Origin: Mycobacteriales bacterium
GTDB taxonomy: Bacteria > Actinomycetota > Actinomycetes > Mycobacteriales > SCTD01
Length of the DNA: 64,000 nt
Assembly (NCBI GenBank): GCA_038235705.1
Contig: JBBSTR010000003.1
Location: forward strand, 10,650 to 74,649
Direction: 5' to 3'
In this document: in pieces, positions 53,434 to 61,955 of the stretch
How positions within the stretch are numbered: the first letter of the stretch is position 1
Layout: each line of letters begins with the position of its first letter
Program-made: the position numbers and the translations under genes
Notes under the pieces: model-generated
The model's input: only the letters and a program-made list of their open reading frames with translations
Databases searched by the model: none
Told to the model about the DNA's origin: nothing

Positions 53434-53705
53434 CGTCACATGCGCCCCGTCAGACGCAGGAGTACGTCTCTGCGCGGGTGCTGATCGGGAGGTGGAAGCA
53501 ACGGCACCCGGCGCAGGCCGGTCGGTGAAGGCCCGGCCTACCGGTCGTCGCTCCGGGGACCACCCAGGACTGCCCCATGAGCCCCACAGGCTCGCTGAGC
53601 CCCACCGGTCCCGCGACGACGTCAAGGTGGCCGAGCTAGGCCCCGCCCGCGGCCTGCTGCAGATACCCCTCCTGGCCAGGACGCCGTCATCGCCGTCCTG
53701 TCAGG

Positions 53706-55208
53706 TCAGCGGCGGCGGCGACCCTTGGCCGGTGCGACGGGCTCGGGTGGTGCCGGGGCCTGCGGGGCCACGGCGGACAGCTGATCGCGGACCTCCCCGG
53801 CGGCAGCGGCCTGCTCGGCGAGCAAGGAGCCGGGTTCGGCGAAGCCCGGCATCCAGCGGGCCATCTCCTGACGGAACGGCGCGGTGCCGCCCAGCTGACT
53901 GAGCACCCCGATCGTGCCCATGGTCACGCGGTGCATGAGCAGGTAGGACGGTGGGAGGTTGAGCTGCCGCCCGAGTGCGGAGGCGGGGGAGCGAGGGTCG
54001 CCGAGGCGAACCGCCTGGGCACGCAGCCACGCCCGGCTGAAGGTGAAGGAGTCCTCGGCGATGGGGTCCAGGATGGGCCGGAGGTAGTCGAGGACCTCCT
54101 GCGCTTCCACCTGGATCGAGTCCTTCACGAACCCCTCGGCCCGCAGCTCGGCGAGCACCTCGACCGCGTCGCCCTCGAGCGCGAGCCGGGCAAGGCGACC
54201 GATCGGTTCGGGAGCGCCGTCGGGCAGCCGAGCGACGGCGCCGAAGTCGATGACGCCGAGGCGTCCGTCGGGCATGACCCGGAAGTTGCCGGGATGCGGG
54301 TCGGCGTGCAGCAGCCCCGCCAGGACCGGCCCGCTGAACAAGAACCGGGCGAGCAGGCTGGCCGCCTGGTCGCGCTCGTCCTGGGTGCCGTTCACGATGA
54401 CGTCCGAGAGCGGACGACCCTCGATCCAGACCGTCACCAGGGTGCGCTCGGTGCCCGTGAGCACCTCGGGCACGAGGATGTCGGGGTCACCCTCGTAGGC
54501 CTCGGCGAACGTGGTCTGGTTCTGCGCCTCGAGCCGGTAGTCGAGCTCCTCGGTGACCCGTTCGGTCAGCTCGCGCAGCAGCGGCTTGACGTCGAGGCCG
54601 GGGGTCAGGGAGGAGAACAGGCGCGCGAGCCGGCTGAGCTGCTTCAGGTCGGCGAGCATCGCCGGTCCGGCCCCGGGATACTGGATCTTGACAGCGACGT
54701 CGCGTCCGTCGCTCCAGACCGCACGGTGCACCTGGCCGATGCTGGCCGCTGCTGCAGGACGGTCGTCGAAGCTGAGGAACAGGTCTCGCCAGTCGGTCCC
54801 CAGCTCGCTGGCGAGGACCGCGTGCACGGTCGCGACCGGCAGCGGGGGCGCGGCCTCCTGCAGCTTGGTGAGCGCGGCACGGTAGGGCGCCGCGACGTCC
54901 TCGGGCAGCGCGGCCTCGAAGACCGAGAGCGCCTGACCGAACTTCATGGCGCCACCCTTGAGCTGTCCGAGCACCTGGAACAGCTGCTCGGCGGTCCGGG
55001 CCTGCAGCTCGGCAGTCACCATCTCGGCGGGGCGGCCCCCGATCCGCTTGCCGAGACCCAGGGTGGCACGTCCGGCGACGCCGACCGGCAGCGCGGCCAG
55101 CTTCGCGGAGCGGACGACGGCACGCCTCGGGATCGCTCCCCCGTGCTTGGTCTCCGGGCGCGGGCTCTCGCTGCGGGGGGTGTCCGGTCGGCGGGGGGTC
55201 TCAGGCAC
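53706..55208 (-). CDS. ABC1/UbiB (AarF) atypical kinase family protein
   Basis: GGAMKFGQALS...AAASIGQVHRAVWSDGRDVAVKIQYPG...HADPHPGNF motifs. GTG start at 55208. Confidence 0.85.
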   Translation of the reverse strand: MPETPRRPDTPRSESPRPETKHGGAIPRRAVVRSAKLAALPVGVAGRATLGLGKRIGGRPAEMVTAELQARTAEQLFQVLGQLKGGAMKFGQALSVFEAALPEDVAAPYRAALTKLQEAAPPLPVATVHAVLASELGTDWRDLFLSFDDRPAAAASIGQVHRAVWSDGRDVAVKIQYPGAGPAMLADLKQLSRLARLFSSLTPGLDVKPLLRELTERVTEELDYRLEAQNQTTFAEAYEGDPDILVPEVLTGTERTLVTVWIEGRPLSDVIVNGTQDERDQAASLLARFLFSGPVLAGLLHADPHPGNFRVMPDGRLGVIDFGAVARLPDGAPEPIGRLARLALEGDAVEVLAELRAEGFVKDSIQVEAQEVLDYLRPILDPIAEDSFTFSRAWLRAQAVRLGDPRSPASALGRQLNLPPSYLLMHRVTMGTIGVLSQLGGTAPFRQEMARWMPGFAEPGSLLAEQAAAAGEVRDQLSAVAPQAPAPPEPVAPAKGRRRR

Positions 55209-55240
55209 GACGCCAGTCTCCTCCTACGGGAGCCGGTACG

Positions 55241-56287
55241 TCATCCGGGCGCGACGCCGCCCACCGTGCGGCGACCCTGTCCGGCTCCCGCCGCGGCCCG
55301 GCAGCTGCAGGCCGGGTGCGGCTCCCAGGTGCGTCGTCGCCACCGCCAGCCCGGCAGGGTGAGCTCCAGCGAGCCGCCGACCGAGGCAGGGACGTTGCCG
55401 TCGACCATCGTGAGCACCTGAAGGCACGCCTGCGCGACCACCGAGGCGGTCAGCACGCTATCGCACGGCTCGGTGCCGCGGGCGGGCAGCGACAGCTGGG
55501 CGGCCAGGGCCGGCCAGGCTGGGTCACGGTCGGTCCGGGTGTGGTCCAGGCAGCGCAGGCACGCCGAACGGCCCGGCAGCACGAGCGGGCCGACGACGCC
55601 GACCTGCTCGCGCACCTCGACGAGCAGGTGCGCGACGCCGGGCGGCGCCTGCGGGTCCCCGGACCCGCCGACCAGCACGACCAGGTGCGGTGCCCGGACG
55701 TCGCCAGGGCTGCAGGCGGGGGCGACAGCGGCGATCCGTTCGTGTGCGGTGACCGAGCGGATGCGGCCGAGGTCGGCCAGCGCGAACCCTCCGGGGCTCA
55801 CATCCTCGGGTCTGACCGCCGCGTCGTCGACCACCTCGACCGCTCCGACCCCGGCTGCCGCGAGCAGCAGCGCGAGCGGTGTGCCGAGCCGACCGCCACC
55901 GAGGACTCGCACCTGGGCGAGGTCGCGTCTGCGGAGCGCGGGCAGACCGCTGCCGCCATGGCGCAGCCCGAGGGAGGCCACGTCTCCGCGCAGCCGGTCG
56001 CGCTCGGCCAGCGTCAGCCGCTGCGGCCAGCGCTCGGCGTCGTCGACCAGCAAGCCTGCCTCGGTGAGCCGGTCGAGCAGCTCGCGCACCCGCTCGGGAC
56101 GGCACCCGTTGCGTCCGGCCTCGGTGAACACGTCCGCCACGTCGCGGGTGCCGTCGAGCAGGGCCAGGGCGGCGCGGTCGGACAGGCTGAGCCCCGCGAG
56201 GACGAGGGCAGAACCGGGCTGGCGGCCCAGCTGCAGGGTCTGGTCGTCGCGCCACAGCCGACGGGTCGGGGACAGGGTCACGCGCAC
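55241..56287 (-). CDS. ThiF/E1-like adenylyltransferase-fold protein with N-terminal winged-helix-like region
   Basis: GTG 56287 follows GGAGG-N5. Rossmann motif VLGGGRLGTPLALLLAAAGVG...VVDD. CLRC and a later Cys. The track ORF extension to 56851 has poor G/C third-position bias. Confidence 0.65.
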   Translation of the reverse strand: MRVTLSPTRRLWRDDQTLQLGRQPGSALVLAGLSLSDRAALALLDGTRDVADVFTEAGRNGCRPERVRELLDRLTEAGLLVDDAERWPQRLTLAERDRLRGDVASLGLRHGGSGLPALRRRDLAQVRVLGGGRLGTPLALLLAAAGVGAVEVVDDAAVRPEDVSPGGFALADLGRIRSVTAHERIAAVAPACSPGDVRAPHLVVLVGGSGDPQAPPGVAHLLVEVREQVGVVGPLVLPGRSACLRCLDHTRTDRDPAWPALAAQLSLPARGTEPCDSVLTASVVAQACLQVLTMVDGNVPASVGGSLELTLPGWRWRRRTWEPHPACSCRAAAGAGQGRRTVGGVAPG

Positions 56288-56474
56288 GGGCACCTCCGGG
56301 GTCCCGGTGAGCGTCGCATCGTCGGGGCGCCGCCGGTCCGCCCGTCCACAGTGTCCACAGGCTGCGGAAGGCCGCCCGGGAACCGGGCTGCTGCGGCAAG
56401 ACGGAGCCCTCGGCGGCCGTCGTGCGCCTTCCCCTTGCGCACGTCGACCGGCCGAGGGCCTCGTCGTGCTCCGG

Positions 56475-56480
56475 ACGCTA
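56475..56480 (-). promoter_or_regulatory. -10-like TAGCGT about 190 nt upstream of the ThiF-like start
   Basis: Minus-strand CCTAGCGTCCGG is identical to the 12-mer at 42810-42821. Confidence 0.25.
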
Positions 56481-56531
56481 GGCACTACGGGCCCGATGGT
56501 CAATGCCTGGCGGTCACCGACCTCCGCCGGC

Positions 56532-57962
56532 TCAGGAAGAGCCGACGGGCGGGTCCTCGTCCGGCCCGTCGACAGCGCCGTCGTCCGGCGCGTCGCCGAC
56601 CTCGCCGCTCTCCAGGGCGGCGAGCCCCGCGTCCCAGTCCGTGCCGGCAGCGCCGACGAAGCCGGCCGGGTCGTCGAGATCGCTCGGCCCGGGCAGCAGG
56701 TCAGGGTGGTCCCAGAGGGCGTCGCGACCTTCGGTGCCGCGCGCGGCGGCGACCTCGGCCCAGAGGGCGGCGGCCTCCCGCAGCCGCCGCGGACGCAGCT
56801 GCAGCCCGACGAGCGCGGCGAACGTCTGCTCCGCCGGGCCGCCGCTGGCACGACGACGGCGCACCGTCTCGCGCAGCTGCACCGCGTGCGGCAGCTGGCC
56901 CGAGGCGCTCTCGACGACGGCGTCCACCCAGCCCTCGACCAGCGCCAGCGCGGTCTCCAGGCGGGCGAGGGCGGCCTGCTGCGCCTCGGTCGGCTGCAGC
57001 TCGAACATGCCTTCGCCCATCGCCCGCTGCAACGACTCCGGGTCGGAGGGGTCGAAGGACCCGACCGCCCGCTCGATCGCTTGCGGATCGACCTCGATGC
57101 CTCGGGCGTACGCGTCGACCGCGTCGAACAGGTGCGACCGCAGCCACGGCACGTGCTTGAACAGCCGCTGATGGGCCTGCTCGCGCAGCGCGAGGTAGAG
57201 CCGGACCTCGCCGTCGTCGATGCCCAGCCCCTCTCCGAAGGCCTTTACCCCGGCGGGCAGCAGCACCGGACGGCCGGCCTCCGACAGCGGAAGGCCGACG
57301 TCGGTGCCGCCGACCACCTCGCCGGCCAGCGCACCCAGCGCCTGGCCGACCTGCATGCCGAACACCATCCCGCCGACCTGGCCCATGACGCCTTTCATGG
57401 CCTCACCGAGCCCGGCCATCCCGCCCGCGCCGCCCAGGTTGGCGAGCATGGCGGCCATCTCCGGCGGCAACCCCTCGGGCAGCTCTCCGGTGAGACCGCC
57501 CAGACCTCCCTCGCCGGACAAGCCCTGCTCCAGCGCACCGCTCATCGCGGCGACGACGCGCTCGGCGACCGGGTCGACCAGGGTGCGCCAGGCCGGCAGC
57601 GTGGAGGACAGCCAGCCCGTACGCGTCCATGCCGTCGCCGAGCCGCCACCGGCCGGGAGGGTGGTGACCGGGTCCAGCCACAGGTCGGCGAGCCGGCACG
57701 CCTCTTCGACCTCTTGGCGTTCGGCGCTGCTGACCGCGCGGTCGCCGTCCCGGGCGGCCTTCTCGGCCACCTCGGTCGCGAGGTCCCAATTGACCGGACC
57801 TCCACGCCACGCCGACATCTTGCTCATGACTGACATGATGTCGCCGCCGCCGAACAGCTCGGACAGCTGTCCGAGCCCGAACGGGTCCGTCGGGTCGGGC
57901 TCGTCGCCCGGCTCGTCGTCGGGCCGGTCGCCGGGGCCGAAGCCGAAGGGCGGGCGGCTCAC
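56532..57962 (-). CDS. DUF2342 family zinc-metalloprotease-like protein
   Basis: 476-aa ORF. Acidic Gly/Pro N-terminus, PVNWDLA..., and a long conserved-looking helical body. Its position matches the mycobacterial homologue beside the ThiF-like and ABC1 genes. Confidence 0.65.
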   Translation of the reverse strand: MSRPPFGFGPGDRPDDEPGDEPDPTDPFGLGQLSELFGGGDIMSVMSKMSAWRGGPVNWDLATEVAEKAARDGDRAVSSAERQEVEEACRLADLWLDPVTTLPAGGGSATAWTRTGWLSSTLPAWRTLVDPVAERVVAAMSGALEQGLSGEGGLGGLTGELPEGLPPEMAAMLANLGGAGGMAGLGEAMKGVMGQVGGMVFGMQVGQALGALAGEVVGGTDVGLPLSEAGRPVLLPAGVKAFGEGLGIDDGEVRLYLALREQAHQRLFKHVPWLRSHLFDAVDAYARGIEVDPQAIERAVGSFDPSDPESLQRAMGEGMFELQPTEAQQAALARLETALALVEGWVDAVVESASGQLPHAVQLRETVRRRRASGGPAEQTFAALVGLQLRPRRLREAAALWAEVAAARGTEGRDALWDHPDLLPGPSDLDDPAGFVGAAGTDWDAGLAALESGEVGDAPDDGAVDGPDEDPPVGSS

Positions 57963-58022
57963 CGCGCCACCTCGAGCGACCGCTGCGACGACGGGTTCCA
58001 GGCAGAGACCGGCATGGCTGCC

Positions 58023-58028
58023 ACGCTA
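58023..58028 (-). promoter_or_regulatory. -10-like TAGCGT about 55 nt upstream of GTG 57962
   Basis: Minus-strand GGCTAGCGTGG. A GAGGTGG SD precedes the start. Confidence 0.3.
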
Positions 58029-58054
58029 GCCCCGGACGGGGTAGGCAGTGCCCT

Positions 58055-59050
58055 GTGAGAGTGCGCCCTGAGCGAACGTCGTACGGCCCGGTCGCCGTGA
58101 CCGGGTCCGGGGACGGGCTCGGGGCGGCGCTGCTGGCCCGTCTGCCCGGCGCTGCGGCCCGCGCCCTGGACGGTGCCCGGGATCCGACGCTCGCGCACGA
58201 TCTTCGGGGCATCGACACCCTGGTGCAGCTCGACGTGACGTGGGACGTGACGCTGCCTGCGGCCGAGCGCCGCGTCCGGACGGTCCGGGGGACGCAGTCG
58301 GCCGTGGACGCCGCTCTCGCAGCCGGCGTGCGTCGGCTGGTCCTGGTCACGTCCGCCGACGTGTACGGCACGCAGGACGCGCCGGTCGTCGACGGCGCCC
58401 CGCTGTCGGCCGAGCCGGACGACGCGGCGGTCGTCGGCGACCACGTCGAGGTCGAGCGCCTCGCCGACCACGCAGCCCGGTCCGGCCTCGTCGTCGCGGT
58501 GCTGCGCCCCGCCACGCTGGTAGCCGGTGGTCTCGGTCACGCGTACGACGGGCAGCTGCTCCGCCAGCTCGCCGGACCACGGCTGCTCGCCGTCCGCGGC
58601 GTGGAACCGCTGTGGCAGCTGTGCCACGGTGACGACCTTCTGGACGGTCTGGTCCGTGTGGTGACGGGCGGGCTCACCGGCGGGTTCGCGGTTGCCTGTG
58701 AAGGGTCCTTGACCCAGGTCCAGGTGGAGCGGCTGGCGGGGCGTCGTCGGCTCGAGCTGCCGGCCGTGGTGGCGCTGTCGGTCGCCGAGCGGCTCCGTCG
58801 GGTCGGCGTGACGACGTCCTCGCCGCGCGAGCTGGACCATCTGCTCCACCCCCGGGTCGTGCTCGCCGACGGTCTGCGGGCCGTCGGCTGGGAGCCCCGG
58901 TGGACCAACGAGCAGGCGCTGCTCGCGCACCTGGCCGACCGTGTGCCCGACCCGCTGGCCGGCCGGACGGCGGTCGGCGCGGCGGGGACGACGGTGGCGC
59001 TGGTCGGCACCGCGGCCCTCGTGCGCCGTCGTCGGAACCGTCGGGGCTGA
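58055..59050 (+). CDS. NAD-dependent epimerase/dehydratase-family (extended SDR) protein with C-terminal hydrophobic anchor
   Basis: VAVTGSGDGLG Rossmann-like motif. LVLVTSADVYG. C-terminal AVGAAGTTVALVGTAALV followed by RRRRNRRG. Confidence 0.65.
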   Translation: MRVRPERTSYGPVAVTGSGDGLGAALLARLPGAAARALDGARDPTLAHDLRGIDTLVQLDVTWDVTLPAAERRVRTVRGTQSAVDAALAAGVRRLVLVTSADVYGTQDAPVVDGAPLSAEPDDAAVVGDHVEVERLADHAARSGLVVAVLRPATLVAGGLGHAYDGQLLRQLAGPRLLAVRGVEPLWQLCHGDDLLDGLVRVVTGGLTGGFAVACEGSLTQVQVERLAGRRRLELPAVVALSVAERLRRVGVTTSSPRELDHLLHPRVVLADGLRAVGWEPRWTNEQALLAHLADRVPDPLAGRTAVGAAGTTVALVGTAALVRRRRNRRG

Positions 59051-59082
59051 GAGGGGACGTGCTGGCACGGCGCGGCGACCGA

Positions 59083-59088
59083 TACCGT
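59083..59088 (+). promoter_or_regulatory. -10-like TACCGT, 7 nt upstream of ATG 59096
   Basis: TACCGT-cggcgtc-ATG. No SD. Confidence 0.3.
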
Positions 59089-59095
59089 CGGCGTC

Positions 59096-59539
59096 ATGGA
59101 CCCTGACCGATCTGCGCGCCCCGGGCTGAGGCTGCTCGCGCTGCGCGACACCCCGATCGCGGTGGACGAGGTGCTCGCCGCTGTCGCCGACCCGGGTGCC
59201 GGTGCCGTGGCGTCCTTCACCGGCATGGTCCGTGACCACGACGGTGGTCGCGCGGTCGTCGAGCTGGAGTACGTGGCCCACCCGGACGCAGCCGCGGCGC
59301 TGGAGCGGGTGGCCTGCGCCGTGCTGGACGAGGTGGACTGTCTCGCCGTCGCCGCCGTGCACCGCACCGGGCTGCTGTCGGTCGGTGACGTCGCCGTGGT
59401 CGTCGCGGCCTCGGCCGGTCACCGCGCCGAGGCGTTCGAGGCGGCTCGCCGGCTCATCGACGACCTCAAGCACACCGTGCCGGTCTGGAAGCGTCAGGTG
59501 TTCGCCGACGGCGAGCAGGAGTGGGTCGGCGCCTGCTGA
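59096..59539 (+). CDS. moaE: Molybdopterin synthase catalytic subunit MoaE
   Basis: GAVASFTGMVRDHDGGR...LEYVAHP...HRTGLLSVGDVAVVVAASAGHRAEAFEAARRLIDDLKHTVPVWKRQ is typical MoaE. Confidence 0.85.
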   Translation: MDPDRSARPGLRLLALRDTPIAVDEVLAAVADPGAGAVASFTGMVRDHDGGRAVVELEYVAHPDAAAALERVACAVLDEVDCLAVAAVHRTGLLSVGDVAVVVAASAGHRAEAFEAARRLIDDLKHTVPVWKRQVFADGEQEWVGAC

Positions 59540-59640
59540 GCAGGCCGCGCTCCCATCAGGACGGAACCCGTCTACGGCTCAAGGACGAGCGGCCCGGCTG
59601 CCGAAGCACTTGCAGTCGCCACCACCCCCGAGGAGTCCCC

Positions 59641-60195
59641 GTGGAGCACGTCGTCTTCTACCCCGCCCAGGACGGTTCGCCGGCGTTCCGACGCTTGGAC
59701 AACCTGGAGGAGGCCGTCCGTCTGGTCGAGCACCTTCGCAACGTCGAGGGCGTCGGTGAGGCCAGCGTCCACAGCCTGACCGAGGTCGCGCTGTCTTTCC
59801 GTGCCTACTACCGCGTCGAGGTCCCCGGCCTGACGGGTCTGGTGCCCGAGCTCGCCCCGGTCGCCGAGACCGCCCCGGAAGTGCCCGTCGAGGAGCCCGT
59901 CGAGGTCCTGGTCCCGGCGCTCGAGGACGTCGAGCCGCCGCAGCCGGAGGCAGAGGTCGTCGTGCCCGAGCCGGCCGCCGAGATCGTGCAGGTCGAGCCG
60001 GAGCCGTTCGAGAGCTTCGAGACGGCGTACGAGCCCCAGCCGGTCGTCGTGCCGGTCCCCGAGCAGCCGACCGTCGCGGACCACGACAGCGAGCCCGTGC
60101 TGGTTGCCGTCGGCGCGGCGGAGCCCGAGGCGGACGTCCCGGCCCCGACCGGCAGCCCGTTCAGCACGGACCGGAGCCTCGGCTTCTTCGCATGA
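59641..60195 (+). CDS. Hypothetical protein: about 60-aa conserved-looking N-domain followed by acidic Pro/Glu/Val-rich tail
   Basis: GAGGAG SD before GTG 59641. VEHVVFYPAQDGSPAFRRLDNLEEAVRLVEHLRN.... The upstream part of the track ORF overlaps moaE. Confidence 0.5.
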   Translation: MEHVVFYPAQDGSPAFRRLDNLEEAVRLVEHLRNVEGVGEASVHSLTEVALSFRAYYRVEVPGLTGLVPELAPVAETAPEVPVEEPVEVLVPALEDVEPPQPEAEVVVPEPAAEIVQVEPEPFESFETAYEPQPVVVPVPEQPTVADHDSEPVLVAVGAAEPEADVPAPTGSPFSTDRSLGFFA

Positions 60196-60253
60196 GGCTC
60201 GGCTTGTCCGCCTGAGCCTCGGCCGCCGTCACGCGCGGCTCACCTGGGCGATC

Positions 60254-60259
60254 TAGCCT
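60254..60259 (+). promoter_or_regulatory. -10-like TAGCCT, 6 nt upstream of GTG 60266 (candidate leaderless promoter)
   Basis: TAGCCT-gatccg-GTG. No SD. Confidence 0.35.
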
Positions 60260-60265
60260 GATCCG

Positions 60266-61288
60266 GTGACCCGCCGCACCCTCAGCTCGCTGCTCGCGTT
60301 CGGTCTCGCCGCCGTCCTGGTGCTGGCCGCGTTCACCCTCCCCGTGCCGTACGTGCTGCTTTCCGGCGGCCCGACGTTCAACACGGTCGGTGAGGAGAAC
60401 GGCGTCCCGGTGATCAGCATCAAGGGTCGTCAGAGCTTCGAGGACACCGACGGTCGGCTCGACCTCACGACGGTCAACGTCGAGAAGAGCCTGACCCTGT
60501 ACGAGGCGATGCGGGGCTGGCTGCGGCGCGACCAGGCGGTCGTGCCGCGGGACCTGCTCTACCCCCCGGGCAAGTCTGACGCGCAGGTGCAGGCCGAGAA
60601 CACGAAGGCGATGGTGATGTCGCAGAGCTCGGCGAAGACCGCTGCCCTGCTACAGCTCGGGATCCCGGTGACGGTGACCGTCGGTCAGGTCAGCGCCGAC
60701 GGCGCCGCGGCCGGGGTCCTGAAGCCGGGCGACGACGTCGTCTCGGTGGACGGCAGTGCCGTGACGAGCCCGGAGGTGCTTCGTCAGCTGGTCGGCAAGG
60801 TGGCGCCCGGGGCGACGGTGACGGTCGTCGTGAAGCGAGACGGCGCGGAGCGCACGGAGAAGATCGTGACGCGGCCCTCGACCGACACGCCGCCGCGCCC
60901 GCTGATCGGGATCGTGCCGGTCGTGACCGGCTACCCGTTCACGGTCGACATCAGCCTTCAGGACGTCGGCGGTCCCAGCGCGGGCATGATGTTCTCCCTC
61001 GGCATCATCGACAAGCTCACCCCCGGGTCGCTGGCCGACGGGCGCTACATCGCCGGCACCGGCGAGATCGACGACCAGGGCACGGTCGGTCCGATCGGCG
61101 GGATCGAGCAGAAGGTCGCCGAGGCGGGGAAGAAGGGCGTGCAGATCTTCCTGGTGCCCACCGACAACTGCGTCGCCGCCGTCAAGAACGCCCCGAAGGG
61201 GCTCGAGCTCGTGAAGGTCGGCTCTCTCTCGGAGGCCTACCAGGCCCTCCAGACCGTCGCCGCCGGGGGGACCCCGGTCGGCTGCTGA
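60266..61288 (+). CDS. PDZ-domain Lon-like (S16) serine protease, YlbL/SdrC-like
   Basis: N-terminal TM segment, PDZ region (GVLKPGDDVVSVDG) and Lon proteolytic motif GPSAGMMFSLGIIDKL. Confidence 0.8.
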   Translation: MTRRTLSSLLAFGLAAVLVLAAFTLPVPYVLLSGGPTFNTVGEENGVPVISIKGRQSFEDTDGRLDLTTVNVEKSLTLYEAMRGWLRRDQAVVPRDLLYPPGKSDAQVQAENTKAMVMSQSSAKTAALLQLGIPVTVTVGQVSADGAAAGVLKPGDDVVSVDGSAVTSPEVLRQLVGKVAPGATVTVVVKRDGAERTEKIVTRPSTDTPPRPLIGIVPVVTGYPFTVDISLQDVGGPSAGMMFSLGIIDKLTPGSLADGRYIAGTGEIDDQGTVGPIGGIEQKVAEAGKKGVQIFLVPTDNCVAAVKNAPKGLELVKVGSLSEAYQALQTVAAGGTPVGC

Positions 61289-61310
61289 CCCGCCTGACGG
61301 TGCCCGGGGC

Positions 61311-61865
61311 TCAGGGGGCTGGGCGTGAGCCGGGCGACAGGGTGGCCCGCAGAGCCTCGGCCAGGGCCGGGGTGAGGTTGTCGCCGGTGACCCGGTCGTC
61401 CAGCTCGTCGGACTTGCCGCGGATCCGGAGCACTGCCGCGGAGCCCTCACCGCGGACCACGGCCACCACCATGCGTACGTCGCGGGCTTCGGGGTGCGAC
61501 GCGGGGTCCTCCATCGACGCCATGACGTCGGCGTCCGCCTCGACCGACGGCGGGAGCACCACGACCTCGTGGGCCAGCGCCACCCCGACGACGTCGTCAC
61601 CGAACTCGATCGAGGCCAGCGCCTCGTCGAGCGGGCCGTCGGCGAGAGGGTCCTGGGCGATCGGGGTGAGTGCGCCGGGCTGACCGCCGACCAGGCCCAT
61701 GGTCCGAGCCAGCTGCGGCTCGGCCCGCAGCAGCTCTTCGGTGTCGACCAGGGCGAACAGCTGCGGCGGCTGGTCCCAGCCAGCCTCGGCGACGTGGGTC
61801 TCGATCTCGCCGACGATGCTCGAGAGGGCGAGCTCGTGCGGGGCGGGCACCGGGTCGGGGGTCAC
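61311..61865 (-). CDS. PPA1309-family conserved actinobacterial protein
   Basis: This is the 3' part of track ORF 61311..63986. ELALSSIVGEIETHVAEAGWDQPPQLFALVDTEELL.... Start GTG 61865 is tentative (no SD). Confidence 0.6.
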   Translation of the reverse strand: MTPDPVPAPHELALSSIVGEIETHVAEAGWDQPPQLFALVDTEELLRAEPQLARTMGLVGGQPGALTPIAQDPLADGPLDEALASIEFGDDVVGVALAHEVVVLPPSVEADADVMASMEDPASHPEARDVRMVVAVVRGEGSAAVLRIRGKSDELDDRVTGDNLTPALAEALRATLSPGSRPAP

Positions 61866-61955
61866 GTGGTCATCACGGTCTTCATCCTGCCTGGTCGGCG
61901 CGGGGAGGGGGTGCCCTGTCTGTGACAGGCTGCAGGTTCTGCCAACTCCTCGGAA

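Noticed and set aside
53207-53902. 231-aa ORF, plus 53256..53528 and 53287..53484, covering the 77-bp repeats
   Set aside because: All three forward frames are open across the repeats. The unit length (77) breaks the frame between copies, and the longest ORF runs antisense into the ABC1 kinase gene. I treated it as non-coding repeat DNA.
56420-56448. Hairpin with a C-rich (plus-strand) or AAGGGGAAG (minus-strand) loop as a 6C-type sRNA
   Set aside because: There is only one such loop, with no second C-rich hairpin and no terminator. It more likely belongs to the 5' leader of the ThiF-like gene, so I kept it only as a detail of that finding.
56288-56851. N-terminal extension of the ThiF-like ORF (the track gives 536 aa)
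   Set aside because: About a quarter of third-codon positions are A/T in 56288-56500, against near-uniform G/C in real genes here. Further upstream it overlaps the DUF2342 gene. A good GGAGG-N5-GTG site exists at 56287.
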